Part shown: in pieces, positions 25,301-38,500 of the stretch
Layout of the letters: the number at the start of each line of letters is the position of its first letter
Position numbering within the stretch: the stretch's first letter is position 1
Assembly: GCF_036321535.1 (NCBI RefSeq)
Contig: NC_087437.1
Coordinates: 16,928,001 to 16,992,000 of the forward strand
DNA length: 64,000 bases
Source: Camelus dromedarius
Lineage: Eukaryota
Reading direction: 5' to 3'
Program-made: the position numbers and the translations under genes
Notes under the pieces: generated by a model
Databases searched by the model: none
Seen by the model: only the letters and a program-made list of their open reading frames with translations
What the model was told of the DNA's origin: nothing

Positions 25301-27672
25301 TTAGCTTGGTTCCAGCTAGTGTTTTGACAGAGATTACCTCGAACTCCAGGTGCTAAAACAGACAAATAAGAAAACACCTCTCCTGGTCTTTGCAAACTGA
25401 CTCTGAACCGGGGCTCTCCTTCAGCATTTAGCCAGACTTAAAATGAATTTAGGGATCAACCCAAGGTTAGCGCCTAGGGCCTTCTCATGTCTTTTGTAAT
25501 GTTACGTTTTCATTTCTATTCATCTCAGGGTATTTTCTAATTTCTCCCTCTCAGATCTTTTCAGAGCATGTGTCTGGCTCTAGCCATACCTGTGTCTTCC
25601 TGAAGTCCCTTGTATGCCCGAGTACTCTGGAATGCCCTAGTTCCCCTGCCTCCATCCCCCACCCCCTCCAAGAAATCCCCTCTCTTCCTGGTTGTTTCTT
25701 CCCAGGCCTCAGGTGATCTCAGCTGTAACCTTTTGCCCCAGATGCCTATAGGTTGCTCTTTTGCCTTACAGTGTTTTTGAGCAGTGCCTGCCCCTTTTCT
25801 GGCCTAGGTGATTTCTGAATTAGGTGAAGAGACCTTTGGTCTCGCATCCATCTTTCAGGTAGCCCCTAGACAAGTTAGAACAGACCAACATGGTGATTTG
25901 TGACTGAGGTCTTCTTTGCTTCCTCTAGAGCCAGGGAGAGTGTGGGGCAAGTGTAATTCAAAATACCACAAAGCTTTCCTTCAGTTTTTAAGGTTCCTTT
26001 TTCTTGATCCAGCTTTTACTTAGGTGTAAACTTGTGCCTGTTCTAGAGTTTTGATAGAGTTGGTTCTGACAGTTTCTGCTTGCTTTTTGATGTTTCTGTT
26101 TGAGGACAGAAGCATGGTGCTGCCTACTCCACCATTTTGTTGTTTTGAGAAAGTGTTTAAAGTTAGAAATTTACACACACTGAAAATGCATTTTGTTCCT
26201 ACAGTAAATTCTCAACTGTTCACGTATCTCTTTAGTTCCTCCTCTTAGCAGCGTCTGCCCCTGGCGTGGACTTCACATGATTTCCTGTGTCTGTTCAAAG
26301 ATGTTTCTTGTCCCATGACCACACTTGCAGGTTCTGGCACCCTGCAGTTCTGGTGTGCTTTCACGAGCTGACTTTTTAAGAAACCGCTTGGCTCCTTCTG
26401 GAAACTTGATCTGCAAATACCTAGAATGTCTGTCCCAGGGCCACCCCAGACTTGGCTGGAGTCTGACTACTCGGTTCCATGGTGGGTCCTTGGCTTCCCT
26501 CTTTCTTGGCTCATTAATTCTTTGTGATGTTTATGATGTGTCCAAAAGGCAGCTGCAGAGGTTCACGGAGGAGGCCTCTGGTCTGGTTCTCATTTCTTCC
26601 TTGAGGGAAGTAACCAGGGCCCAGCGGGCATTCTGGGTGCTGGGTGCTCCGACACGCCTGGGGCCAGGGCCCAAGATGATGAGGCCGAGTCCTGGGACCT
26701 GGGCCCGCTCTTGGAAGCTTGGGGCCATAGGTTTCCCATTTCTGACTGTGTTCATTTCCTCAGTGATTGTGTCCTGTTTTGGTTGCACTGCTTGTGTTTT
26801 TCTTCCTGTTAATTTTCACTCTTGCCTCTGTATATTTTGAGCTTTCTCCCTTTAGGATTGTCTTCATCCTGATACTCATCACTTACATTTGTTATTTCAG
26901 GTCATTAACATAGATTTGAATAGAGAAGGAGGAGAGGAGATTTAAAACATTTTTCTTGAGTTGTAATTTACACACAATAACATCACAGCTTTTATGTGCT
27001 CATTGGGATGGCTTCCGGCAACTTGACAATTGTATACAGCTCTGTGAGCACCATCTAAAACAAGGTATAAAACACTTCTGTTATTCCAGAAAATGCATTT
27101 GGCAAGAGGGAGGTTTTGCCTGTTACTATTTTTTGAGTTTATCTTTTTATTTTTGATTTCTAGGGTTCTTTATATGTTCTAGATGTGAGTCCTTTGTCAG
27201 TTACAGGTATTTTAAATATCTTTTTTCTGGTCTGTGGCTTGTTTATTTAATTAATGGTGTCTTTTGACTCACATTATTTTAAAAAATTAGTAAAGTTCCA
27301 TTTATCAGTGTTTTTACTTCTGATTAAAACTGTGTCCAAGAAATCTTTGCCTACTACAGGGTTTTAAGGACAATTCTATATTTCTTTTAGGAGCTTTGTA
27401 GTTCTGGGTTAAGATCTATGATCCATTTTGGGTTAATTTCTGTGTGTAGATTATAGATTGAAACTGGAGTCTACTTTCTTTTTTTCCATACAAATATTTA
27501 ATTGTTCCATCGTCATTTATTATAAAGACTTGCTTCCCACAATGAACTGTTTTGGTGCCTGGTCTAAAATCAGTTGTGTGGGTCTGTTTCTTCACAGTTT
27601 GTCCTGTTTTGTTGTTTTTGCCTACCTTTGTAACTCTCCCATATCGTCTTGGTTACTGTAACTTTATAGTTC

Positions 27673-27893
27673 TTGGTGGTTCTCAACCAGGGGCAGTTTC
27701 ACCATCCGGGGAGCATTTGGGAATGCTGGAGACATTTTTGGCTGTCATGGTGGGGGTGGGGGGAAGGCGTGCTGCTGCCTCTGGTGGGTGGAGGCCCGGG
27801 ACGCGGCCGCGCACCCTACGTGCAGAAGTCAATTCCCCGCAACAAAGAATTATCCTGTCTGAAATGTTGGCAGTGCCGAGACTGAGAAACCGC
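27673..27893. mobile_element. MER20-like hAT-Charlie DNA transposon
   Basis: ggtggttctcaacc...ggagacatttttggctgtca...caacaaagaattatcc...gagactgagaaacc. Confidence 0.75.
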
Positions 27894-28068
27894 GCTTTTG
27901 TGAGTCTTCAAATCGGCTAGTGCAAGCCTTCTGATTTTGCTCCTTTTTTTTTTAAATATTGTTTTGACTATTCTGTCTCCTTTGTATTACCATATGAATT
28001 TTAGAATCTGTGTGTCAGTTTCTACAAAAGAATTCCCTATGGTTTTGATAGAAATTGCTTGAAAATAC

Positions 28069-28271
28069 AGATCTGTCCAGTATGCTAGCTATTAAACTTT
28101 AAATCTAAAATAATTAAAATAGTGTGAGTAATTAAAATTAAATCCAATTAGAAACTTAGTCCCTTATTAGTCATATTCCAAGTGCTCAGTCCCCACATGT
28201 GGCTCCCATGTCGAATGGCACAGCCAGAGAACATTTCCATCAGTCATAGAAGGTTCTTTCGGACAGCACTG
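28069..28271. mobile_element. MER3/MER33-like hAT-Charlie element
   Basis: ctgtccagta...caagtgctcagtccccacatgtggct...gaacatttccatc...ggacagcactg. Confidence 0.65.
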
Positions 28272-29217
28272 TTGTAGATCAGTTTGGGGATTGATTTATT
28301 CTGATCCATGAGTATATCGTTTTGTTTTTTTTTAATACATACTCTTTATCAGATAACGGAAGTTCTGTCATGCTTCCAGTTTTTCATTATGAATATTGGG
28401 TTTTTCTCAGATGTTTATATTTTTTAAGGTGACCATATGATTTTTCTCCTTTATTTAATAACTTCATTGCTTTTTGCATGTTAAGCCCTGAATTCTTGGG
28501 TTAAACTGCACTTGGTCATGGTGCGTCAGTGTTTTTATATACTGCTGGATTTGATTCAGTGATAGCTTAGGACTTTGGGCATCTGTGTCCGTGAGGGATT
28601 TTGGTCTGCATTCTTCTCTCATCTCAGTTTGGTATCAGGCAAACTCTGGAAACTGTTCCAGGAGGGGAATTTACTAGTAAGTGAGCTCTTGTAATTGCCA
28701 CTTTGTAGATACCATCTCCTTTAACCCTTACAACTGTGGTAGGAGGTGGTAACGTCCGTCCTTGTCAGGTGAGGACTCTCAGGCTCAGAAAGGTGACTTC
28801 CCAGCTCACAGCTGTGAGTGGTGGAGCCAGAGTCTGATTTAAAGCTGCTGGCACACTAAGACCAGCCCCTGAATGATACCTCCCACTGCTGGCTCCAGGA
28901 ACGAGGCCAGCTGTGTGTCAGGTGGGAGCAGCCCGTCTGTTTACAAGGCAGAGACTGGCTCCCTGCTCTGGGCTCTGCTCCCAGCAGGAGACCCCATGCC
29001 CTCAGGGCTGAGGCAACTCCTGGGCCGTCTGGCCAGTGCCAGGTGGGCTCTCCTGTCTCCCCTGTTTCTCCTGGAGTGTGGCCCCTTTACCGCTCTCTGA
29101 TGAGGAAACTTTGATGCCTCTGAAACAAGCTCTGCATGGCTGCTGAGGGCATGTTCCTGGTGTGGGTGGGACTGCAATTGACTGGAAGCTCAGCCTGGAC
29201 GGTCTTTGTCTTTCTAG

Positions 29218-29325
29218 GATGCTTGGACATTAATTCATCTGTGAAAGGGGCTCGTTTTGTCCGGTTCTGCGATGCGTTCAATATTCCCCTCATCACTTTT
29301 GTTGATGTCCCTGGCTTTCTGCCTG
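29218..29325 (+). CDS. PCCB: PCCB coding exon 11, 108 bp
   Basis: ttctag|GATGC...GCCTG|gtaagt; encodes (G)[35 protein letters not shown]. Confidence 0.97.
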
Positions 29326-29329
29326 GTAA

Positions 29330-29773
<444 letters not shown>

Positions 29774-30064
29774 TAAAGATGTCTCCAGGACAGAATCACA
29801 GCCCCTCAGACATACCTGCGGGGATCATCTCTGGGAACTGGGAGCAGCGGTGGGGAAAAGCCGGGAGGGACAGTGAGCACTAACTGTGCCAGGCCTGTGG
29901 GCTGTGCCCCGTGTTGTCTGCCCCGGCTGCGTGGCCTCACGGACATGGGCCCAGGAGCCAGGGAGGGCTGCTCTTGCTCTTTGTCCTCATTTCAGTGGCT
30001 TCTTGGGGACTGAAAGTGACGTGGTCTGGTTGACTCAGGCTCTGACGTTCAGCATCTGTTGTAG

Positions 30065-30202
<138 letters not shown>

Positions 30203-31008
30203 TAGGAGCTCCAAGCACAGCTGGGAAATGCTGGAGGGTGGCCAGGGCCTCTGGGGTGACCAGGGCTCCAAGGGTCTAGACCTTGGCAAGGCCCCTCTGG
30301 GCCTCCTTCCCTCTTCATACCCAGGTGGGAGGAGCCTGGAGTGGGTTTGAGATGTCAGTAAAGGGGAGAGGGCTGGGTCATTTCCCAGGGAGGGCCCCAG
30401 AGCTGCTGCTTTTAGCCCATAGAGGCCGAAATGTAGTCCTGACCCCGGTGACTTTGGGTAGGGCGCTTCCTGTTGCGGCCTGCTCCCCACTCCTTTCCTG
30501 CTTTGAAATAGCTGTTGGGGTTGAACCAGGTAACTCCAGATGCCCCCCTCCCCAAGCTGACGTTTAGGGGTTCTGACACAAAGGCTTATCTTTCAGTCTC
30601 CATTTTTCTACATTTGCAGTTCAATCTGCCCACATTTGGCCACTGAATTGTGTCCTTTGGGCTCAGGATAGTGAAAAAGGGAAACAGCATTTTGCTTCCC
30701 TGGATGAAGGGACCATGGATTAACAGTGGGAAATAGGCCGCACATCTTGGGCTCAGGGAAGGATAAGTGCAGTTGGAGAGAGTAGGACAGAACCTGGGCT
30801 GCCCGTCCCTGCGGCCACCGCTGAGCATCCATCACAGCCCCCGGGGTGCGGGGGTTGGGCCCTGGCGGTGTCCACCTGGAGCTGGTGCGTTGCTTTCTCC
30901 AGTGCACTTTGATTTACCTGGACGGGAAGCACGCCCAGTGAGGATGAGCGGAGGGAGGCCTGCCCAGGGCATGGCCCCCGGGTCGCTCACTACGTCCCCT
31001 CCCGGCAG

Positions 31009-31108
31009 GGCGCCGTGGAGATCATCTTCAAAGGGCACGAGGACGTGGAGGCCACTCGGGCGGAGTACATTGAGAAGTTCGCCAACCCCTTTCCTGCAGC
31101 CGTGAGAG
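31009..31108 (+). CDS. PCCB: PCCB coding exon 14, 100 bp
   Basis: cggcag|GGCGCC...GTGAGAG|gtcggg; encodes [33 protein letters not shown]. Confidence 0.95.
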
Positions 31109-31419
31109 GTCGGGCCCGTGGTGGAGAGGGCAGCTTCGCTCAGTTGTTGGGTCATTTGCTGCTTATTTTACTCCAGGAAGTCTGCCTGTGCCCTTCCAGT
31201 TGCATCTGGAAACTAGGGAGGGTTGGCTGATCCCTGGGCAGCCGTCGCTTGGGGGCAGCGGGCCTGTGCGGGCTGCTTTGTAACCAGGATTAGAACAACA
31301 GGGCCGAAGTGGCTTCAGTTCCTAGTGTTGTTCCAGTCACCCAGTACTGTGAAAAATCAACCCAGAACAAAGCGGCTGAAACACCCCACTTCCCCCTCTT
31401 TTTTTTTTTTTCCCTTTTT

Positions 31420-31840
31420 CCTCATAGTTCTGAGGGTCAGTGATTCGGTCTAGGCTGAGCTGGGTGGTTCTTCTGCTGGTCCTGCCTGGGGTCCGTCAGG
31501 CAACCAGCAGCCTGACTGGGGCGGAGAGTGCAGGATGGCCCCGCTCACCTGGTTGGTGCTGGCTGTCAGCTAGACTGTGTCTGCAGGGTTTCTTACTCTC
31601 AGGGAGGCTAGTCCACGCTGCTTTACGGGGTGTCCCGAGGACGGCAAGAGGGCGAGAGGGGAGGCTGCAAGGCGGCTTGAGACCTAGGTTTGGAAGCTGT
31701 AGTGTTACTCTTGCCACATTCCGTTGGCCAAAGCAAGGCCAGGTGAAGAAACACAGTCCGCTGCTTGGTGGGAGGAGTGGCAGAGTAACATTGCAAGAGG
31801 GGCTTCCGTACAGGATGGGAGGAATTGTGGTGATGTTTTA
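31420..31840. mobile_element. Old MaLR LTR fragment (MLT1H/J-like)
   Basis: ctcatagttctgagggtcag...gctgggtggttcttctgctgg...gggaggagtggcagagtaacattgcaag motifs; recognition only. Confidence 0.5.
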
Positions 31841-32026
31841 AAAAGAAAAGCGCATTTTCTTTGTTTTCTATTGAATTCATCTTGGTAGGGAGGGGGTCGG
31901 ATTTTCCTTTTCTTGCCGAGTGTTCCTAGGCCAGAAGTTTGGGACCTGCCAGAGGAACGGGGGGCTCCTGGGATCAGCCCTTCTCCTATCCAGCTGGGCC
32001 TGGCTCACACTGCTGGCCCAGGCTGA

Positions 32027-32215
<189 letters not shown>

Positions 32216-32338
32216 ATGAATCAGGGAAAAATTAACCGGGAGCTAGTCACTGCCTGGCTGTTCGCATCCATCCCTGCCTTTTTGCAATTATGGTATCTGG
32301 GAACCTAAATACCAGTAAAACTTGGAATGGCTAAGTTT

Positions 32339-32396
32339 ATTAAATTCTGGGAAGATTTCATTTGCGCCTTACTGTAAAATTATTTGGTTTATTAAA
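32339..32396 (+). terminator. Candidate PCCB polyadenylation signals (ATTAAA at 32339-32344 and 32391-32396)
   Basis: Two ATTAAA hexamers about 125-180 nt after the stop codon, followed by T-rich sequence; cleavage site not directly observable. Confidence 0.6.
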
Positions 32397-33394
32397 AATC
32401 TTAACTGGCATTTTTTGAGAATAATTTCTTTGTGGTAGAAACCTGAAAAATCAAAACTGGAAAGTAAATACCACATATCGTCACCTAGAGCTGACCCCTA
32501 TTTGACATCTCTGTGTATTATTTTCCTTTCTTTCCCCAGGAGTTAATTTTTTTCTCTAAAGGTAAAATGAGCTTTTAGAGCAAAGTACCTATCTGCTTAG
32601 GCTTCAATTTTCTTACTTCAAAATGGTATAGTATTTAAATACTGTGCCTTGTCCTTGAATTCCTCCAGGAATTGTTGAGGATTAAAGGAGAAGTTTGGTG
32701 TTGCGTGTCTCTGCCAGAACAGACGCTCAGGGGAAGGCATAGGACCCTGTACCAACTTCTTTCCAGAAATGTGTTCTTACATTTTAAAATGTTTATTTTG
32801 GAAAATTTTAAACTTTCAAAAATGTTGCAGGAGTTGTATGCCTTCACCTAGACTCTCCAGTTCTTAACACTTTCTACATTTCATCTCTTACATAAATATA
32901 TCATTATTATTTATATTGACCCATTTAAGTTACAGAATCATGACCTGTTGTCCCCCAAAATGTCAATGTTTATTGCCTTTGAAACAAGGCTCATTGTCTT
33001 ACATAGCCTTTCACGACTTTGACATTTTTGAAGAGTGTTGAGCAATTATTTTGTAGATTGTCCCTCAGCTTGGGTTTTCTGATTTTTTATGGGTATTTAG
33101 ATCCCGGTTAGTGTAATACACAAGACTGTTCTTCCCTCGTATCACATTAGGAAGCACATGTTAGTTTTTCCTATTATTGATAAAATTGACTCTGATCCCT
33201 TGGTTTAAGATGGTGGCTGCAAACGTTACAGCATTTGTAATTTTCTCTTTGTGCTTGATAAGTAATCTAGGGGGCATTCTTTAGGCCTGTCAACACACTT
33301 TCATCCAGTACTTTTAGTATCCATTGGTGATTCTTGCCTCAATCAACTATTCTATGTTGGTTGTAAAATATTATATTTCTAACCTTATCATTAT

Positions 33395-35130
33395 CATTAT
33401 TTTTTAAAATATATTTTTATTGAAGTATATAGTTGGTTGACAATGTTATGTCAGTTTCTGGTGTACAGCACAATACTTCAGTCATATAGGAACATACATA
33501 TATTCATTTTCATAGTCTTTTTAACCATAAGTTGCTACAAGATAATTGATTATAGTTCCCTGTGCTATACAGTATGAACTTGTTGTTTATTTTATATATA
33601 GTAGTAGTGTCTGCAAATCTTGAATCCCAATTTATCCTTTCCTACCCTCTTCCTCCCTGGTAACCATAGTTTGTTCTCTATGTCTGTGAGTCTGTTTCTG
33701 TTTTATAAATAAGTTTGTTTGTCTTTTTTTTAAGATTCCACATATAAGTGATATCATATGATATTTTTCTTTCTCTTTTTGGCTTACTGCACTTAGAATG
33801 ACAACCTTCAGGTTCATCCATGTTGCTGCAGATGGCATTACTTTATTATTTTTTATGGCTGGGTAGTATTCCATTGTATAAATATACTGCAACTTCTTTA
33901 TCCAGTCATCTGTCAAAGGGCATTTAGGTTGTTTCTCTGTCTTGGCTATTGTAAATAGTGCTGCTGTGAACACTGGGGTGCAGGTATGTTTTTGAATTAA
34001 GATTCCCTCTGGATATATGTCTGGGAGTGGGATTGCTGGATCATATGGTAGGCCTATTTTTAGTCTTTCAAGGAACCTTCATACTGTTTTCCATAATGGC
34101 TGCGTCAAACTACATTCCCACCAACAATATAGGAGGGTTCCCTTTTCTCCACACCCTCTCCAGCATATATTGTTTGTAGACTTTTGAATGATGGCCATTC
34201 TGACTAGTGTGGGTGATACCTCATTGTAGTTTTGTTGTAGTTCTCTGATAATTAGTGATACTGAGCATTTTTTCATGTGCCTGTTGGCCATTTGTGTATC
34301 TTCGTTGAAATTGCTTGTTTAGGCCTTCTGCCCATTTTTGGATTGGGTGTTTTTTTTTTTTTTTTCTTAAGTTGTATGAGCTGTTTATATATTCTGGAAA
34401 TTAAGCCCCTGAAGTCTCATCTTTTGCAAATATTTTCTCCTATTCCATAGGTTGTTGTTTTGTTTTGCTTATGATTTCCTTTGCTGTGTAAAAGCTTGTA
34501 AGTTTAATTAGGTTCTATTTGTTTATTTTTGCTTTTATTTCTATTGCTTGGGTAGACTGCCCTAGGAGAACATTTCTGAAATGTATGTGAGATAATATTT
34601 TGCCTATGTTTTCTTCTAGGAGGTTTACAGTGTCTTGTTGTATGTTTAAGTCTTTAAGCCATTTTGTTTATTTTTGTGTATGGAGTGCGGGAGTATTCTA
34701 ATTTCATTGATTTATATGCAGCTGTCCAGTTTTCCCAACACCATTTGCTGAAGAGACTGTCTTTACTCCATTGTATGTTGTTGCCTCCTTTGTCAAAGAT
34801 CAATTTGACAAAAGTTTGTGGGTTTATTTCTGGGCTCTCTATTCTGTTGCATTGATCCATATGTCGTGTTTTTGTACCAATACCATGCTGTTTTGATGAC
34901 TGTAGCTGCTCTGTAGTATTATCTGAAATCTGGGAGGGTTACTCCTCCAGCTTCATTCTTTTTCTTCAATAATGCTTTAACAGTTCTGGGTCTTGTGTGA
35001 TTCCATATAAATTTGAGGAATATTTGCTCTAATTCTGTGAAAAATGTCCTGGATAATTTGATAGGGATCTCATTAAATCTGTAGATTGCTTTGGGTAGTA
35101 TGGCCATTTTAACAATATTAATTCTTCCAA
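33395..35130 (-). mobile_element. 5'-truncated L1 (older relative of the adjacent full-length copy)
   Basis: ORF2 C-terminal fragments in the ORF track (33632-33973, 34079-34291, 34654-34860, 34919-35107) plus L1 3' UTR; decayed TSD tctaacc(t/c)ta(t/a)cat at 33378-33391 and 35131-35144. Confidence 0.9.
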
Positions 35131-35521
35131 TCTAACCCTAACATATTTGCATTTAATTACTTGGTGCTCTACTGGAAGGAAGAGCTTTCTCTTCTCCTAT
35201 TTTTTTTTTTTTTAACATTTTTTATTGATTTATAATCATTTTACAATGTTGTGTCAAATTCCAGTGTTCAGCACAATTTTTCAGTTATTCATGGACATAC
35301 ACACTCATTGTCACATTTTTTTCTCTGTGAGTTATCATAACCTTTTTTGTATATTTCCCTGTGCTATACAGTGTAGTCTATTCTACAGTTTTGAAATCCC
35401 AGTCTATCCCTTCCCACCCTCCACCCCCCTGGTAACCACAAGTCTGTATTCTCTGTCTGTGAGTCTATTTCTGTCCTTTACGCTTTGTTTTTGTTTGTTT
35501 GTTTGTTTTTGTTTTTGTTTT

Positions 35522-38500
35522 TTAGATTCCACATATGAGCGATCTCATATGGTATTTTTCTTTCTCTTTCTGGCTTACTTCACTTAGAATGACATTCTCC
35601 AGGAGCATTCATGTTGCTGCAAATGGCATTATGTTGTCGGTTTTTATGGCTGATAGTATTCCATTGTATAAATATACCACATCTTCTTTATCCAGTCCCC
35701 TGTTGATGGACATTTAGGCTGTTTCCGTGTTTTGGCTATTGTAAATAGTGCTGCTATGAACATTGGGGTGCAGGTGTCATCCTGAAGTAGAGTTCCTTCT
35801 GGATACAAGCCCAGGAGTGGGATTCCTGGGTCATATGGTAAGTCTATTCCTAGTCTTTTGAGGAATCTCCACACTGTTTTCCATAGTGGCTGCACCAAAC
35901 TGCATTCTCACCAGCAGTGTAGGAGGGTTCCCCTTTCTCCACAGCCTCTCCAGCATTTGTCATTCGTGGATTTTTGAATGACGGCCATTCTGACTGGTGT
36001 GAGGTGATACCTCATTGTAGTTTTGATTTGCATTTCTCTGATAATTAGTGATATTGAGCATTTTTTCATGTGCTTTTTGATCATTTGTATGTCTTCCTTG
36101 GAGAATTGCTTGTTTAGGTCTTCTGCCCATTTTTGGATAGGGTTGTTTATTTTTTTCTTATTGAGTCATATGAGTTGCTTATATATTCTGGAGATCAAGC
36201 CTTTGTCGGTTTCACTTGCAAAAATTTTCTCCCATTCTGTAGGTTTTCTTCTTGTTTTACTTCTGGTTTCCTTTGCTGTGCAGAAGCTTGTAAGTTTCAT
36301 TAGGTCCCATTTGTTTATTCTTGCTTTTATTTCTTCTAGGAGAAAATTTTTGAGATGTATGTCAGATAATGTTTTGCCTATGTTTTCCTCTAGGAGGTTT
36401 ATTGTATCTTGTCTTATGTTTAAGTCTTTAATCCATTTTGAGTTGATTTTTGTATATGGTGTAAGGGAGTGTTCTAGCTTCATTGTTTTACATGCTGCTG
36501 TCCAGTTTTCCCAACACCATTTGCTGAAGAGACTGTCTTCATTCCAATGTATATTCTTGCCTCCTTTGTCAAAGATGAGTTGACCAAAAGTTTGTGGGTT
36601 CATTTCTGGGCTCTCTATTCTGTTCCATTGGTCTATATGTCTGTTTTGGTACCAATACCATGCTGTCTTGATGACTGTAGCTCTATAGTATTGTCTGAAG
36701 TCTGGGAGAGTTATTCCTCCAGCCTCTTTCTTTCTCTTCAGTAATGCTTTGGCAATTCTAGGTCTTTAATGGTTCCATATGAATTTTATTATGATTTTTT
36801 CTAGTTCTGTGAAATATGTCCTGGGTAATTGGATAGGGATTGCATTAAATCTGTAGATTGCCTTGGGCAGTGTGACCATTTTAACAATATTGATTCTTCC
36901 AATCCAAGAGCATGGAATATCTTTCCATTTTTTAAAGTCTTCTTTAATTTCCTTCATCAATGGTTTACAATTTTCTGTGTATAATTCTTTCACCTCCTTG
37001 GTTAGATTTATTCCCAGATATTTTATTACTTTGGGTGCTATTTTAAAGGGGATTGTTTCTTTACTTTCTTCTTCTGTTGATTTATCGTTAGTGTAAAGAA
37101 ATGCAACTGATTTTTGAACGTTAATTTTGTAACCTGCTACCTTGCTGAATTCTTCAATCAGCTCTAGTAGCTTTTGTGTGGACCTTTTAGGGTTTTCTAT
37201 ATATAGTAACATGTCATCAGCATATAATGACACTTTTACCTCTTCTTTTCCAATTTGGATCCCTTTTATTTCTTTCTCTTGCCTGACTGCTGTGGCTAGG
37301 ACTTCCAGGACTATGTTGAATAGGAGTGGTGATAGTGGGCATCCTTGTCTTGTCCCAGATTTTAGTGGGAAGCTTTTGAGTTTTTCACCGTTGAGTACTA
37401 TGCTGGCTGTAGGTTTGTCATATATAGCTTTTATTATGTTGAGATATGTTCCCTCTATACCCACTTTGGCGAGAGTTTTTATCATAAATTGGTGTTGAAT
37501 TTTATCAAATGTTTTTTCTGCATCGATTGAGATGATCATGTGGTTTTTGTCCTTTCTCTTGTTGATGTGATGTATTACACTGATTGATTTGCGTATGATA
37601 AACCAGCCTTGTGTCCCTGGGATGAACCCCACTTGGTCATGATGTATAATCTTTTTTATGTGTTGTTGGATTCTATTTGCTAAAATTTTGGTGAGGATTT
37701 TGGTGTCTATGTTCATCAGTGATATTGGCCTATAATTCTCTTTTTTTGTAGTGTCTTTGCCTGGTTTTGGTATCAGGGTGATGGTGGCTTCATAGAATGA
37801 GTTTGGGAGTATTCCCTCCTTTTCAATCGTCTGGAAGAGTTTGAGAAGGACTGGTATGAGTTCTTCTTTGTATGTTTGGTAGAATTCCCTGGTGAAGCCG
37901 TCCGGTCCTGGACTTTTATTTGTAGGGAGGTTTTTAATTGCTATTTCTATTTCCTTTCTAGTGATCGGATTGTTCAAGTGTTCAGATTCTTCTTGATTCA
38001 GTTTTGGTGGACAGTATGTTTCCAGAAACTTGTCCATCTCCTCTAGGTTATCCAGTTTGGTTCCATATAGTTTTTCATAATATTCTCTTATGATATTCTG
38101 TATTTCTATTTTGTTTGTTGTAATTTCTCCATTTTCCTTTCTTATTTTGCTAATTTGTGCTCTCTCTTTTTTCTTCTTTGTGAGTTTGGCCAGAGGTTTG
38201 TCGATTTTATTTACTTTTTCAAAAAAACAGCTTTTGGTTTGGTTGATTTTTTCTATGGTCTTGTTAATCTCTATTGTATTTAATTCCCCTCTGATCTTTA
38301 TTATTTCCTTCCTTCTGCTGCTTTTTGGGGCTTTTTGTTCTTCTTTTTCTAATTCATTCAGGTGGTGGGTTAAATTGTTTATTTGAGATTGTTCTTCTTT
38401 TTTGAGGAAGGCCTGTATCGCTATAAACTTCCCTCTTAGCACTGCCTTTGCTGTGTCCCATAGGTTTTGAGTGGTTGTGCTTTCATTATCATTTGTCTCT

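Larger units (their letters stand above)
18190..26142 (-). mobile_element. Stacked L1MA/MB elements in PCCB intron 10 (3' fragment ~18190-20160; second element ~20160-26142 with 5' end, ORF1 remnant and ORF2 3' half)
   Basis: ORF2 remnants (19562-19765, 21262-21492, 22503-22709, 23172-23673), ORF1 remnants (24427-25130), and a 5'-end motif AAAATGGTGGAGTAGG near 26125-26140. Confidence 0.8.

Noticed and set aside
35600..35910. Two TGG-to-TGA stops in L1 ORF2 as an APOBEC3 hypermutation signature
   Set aside because: Two events are too few, and a subfamily consensus is needed to show G-to-A excess.
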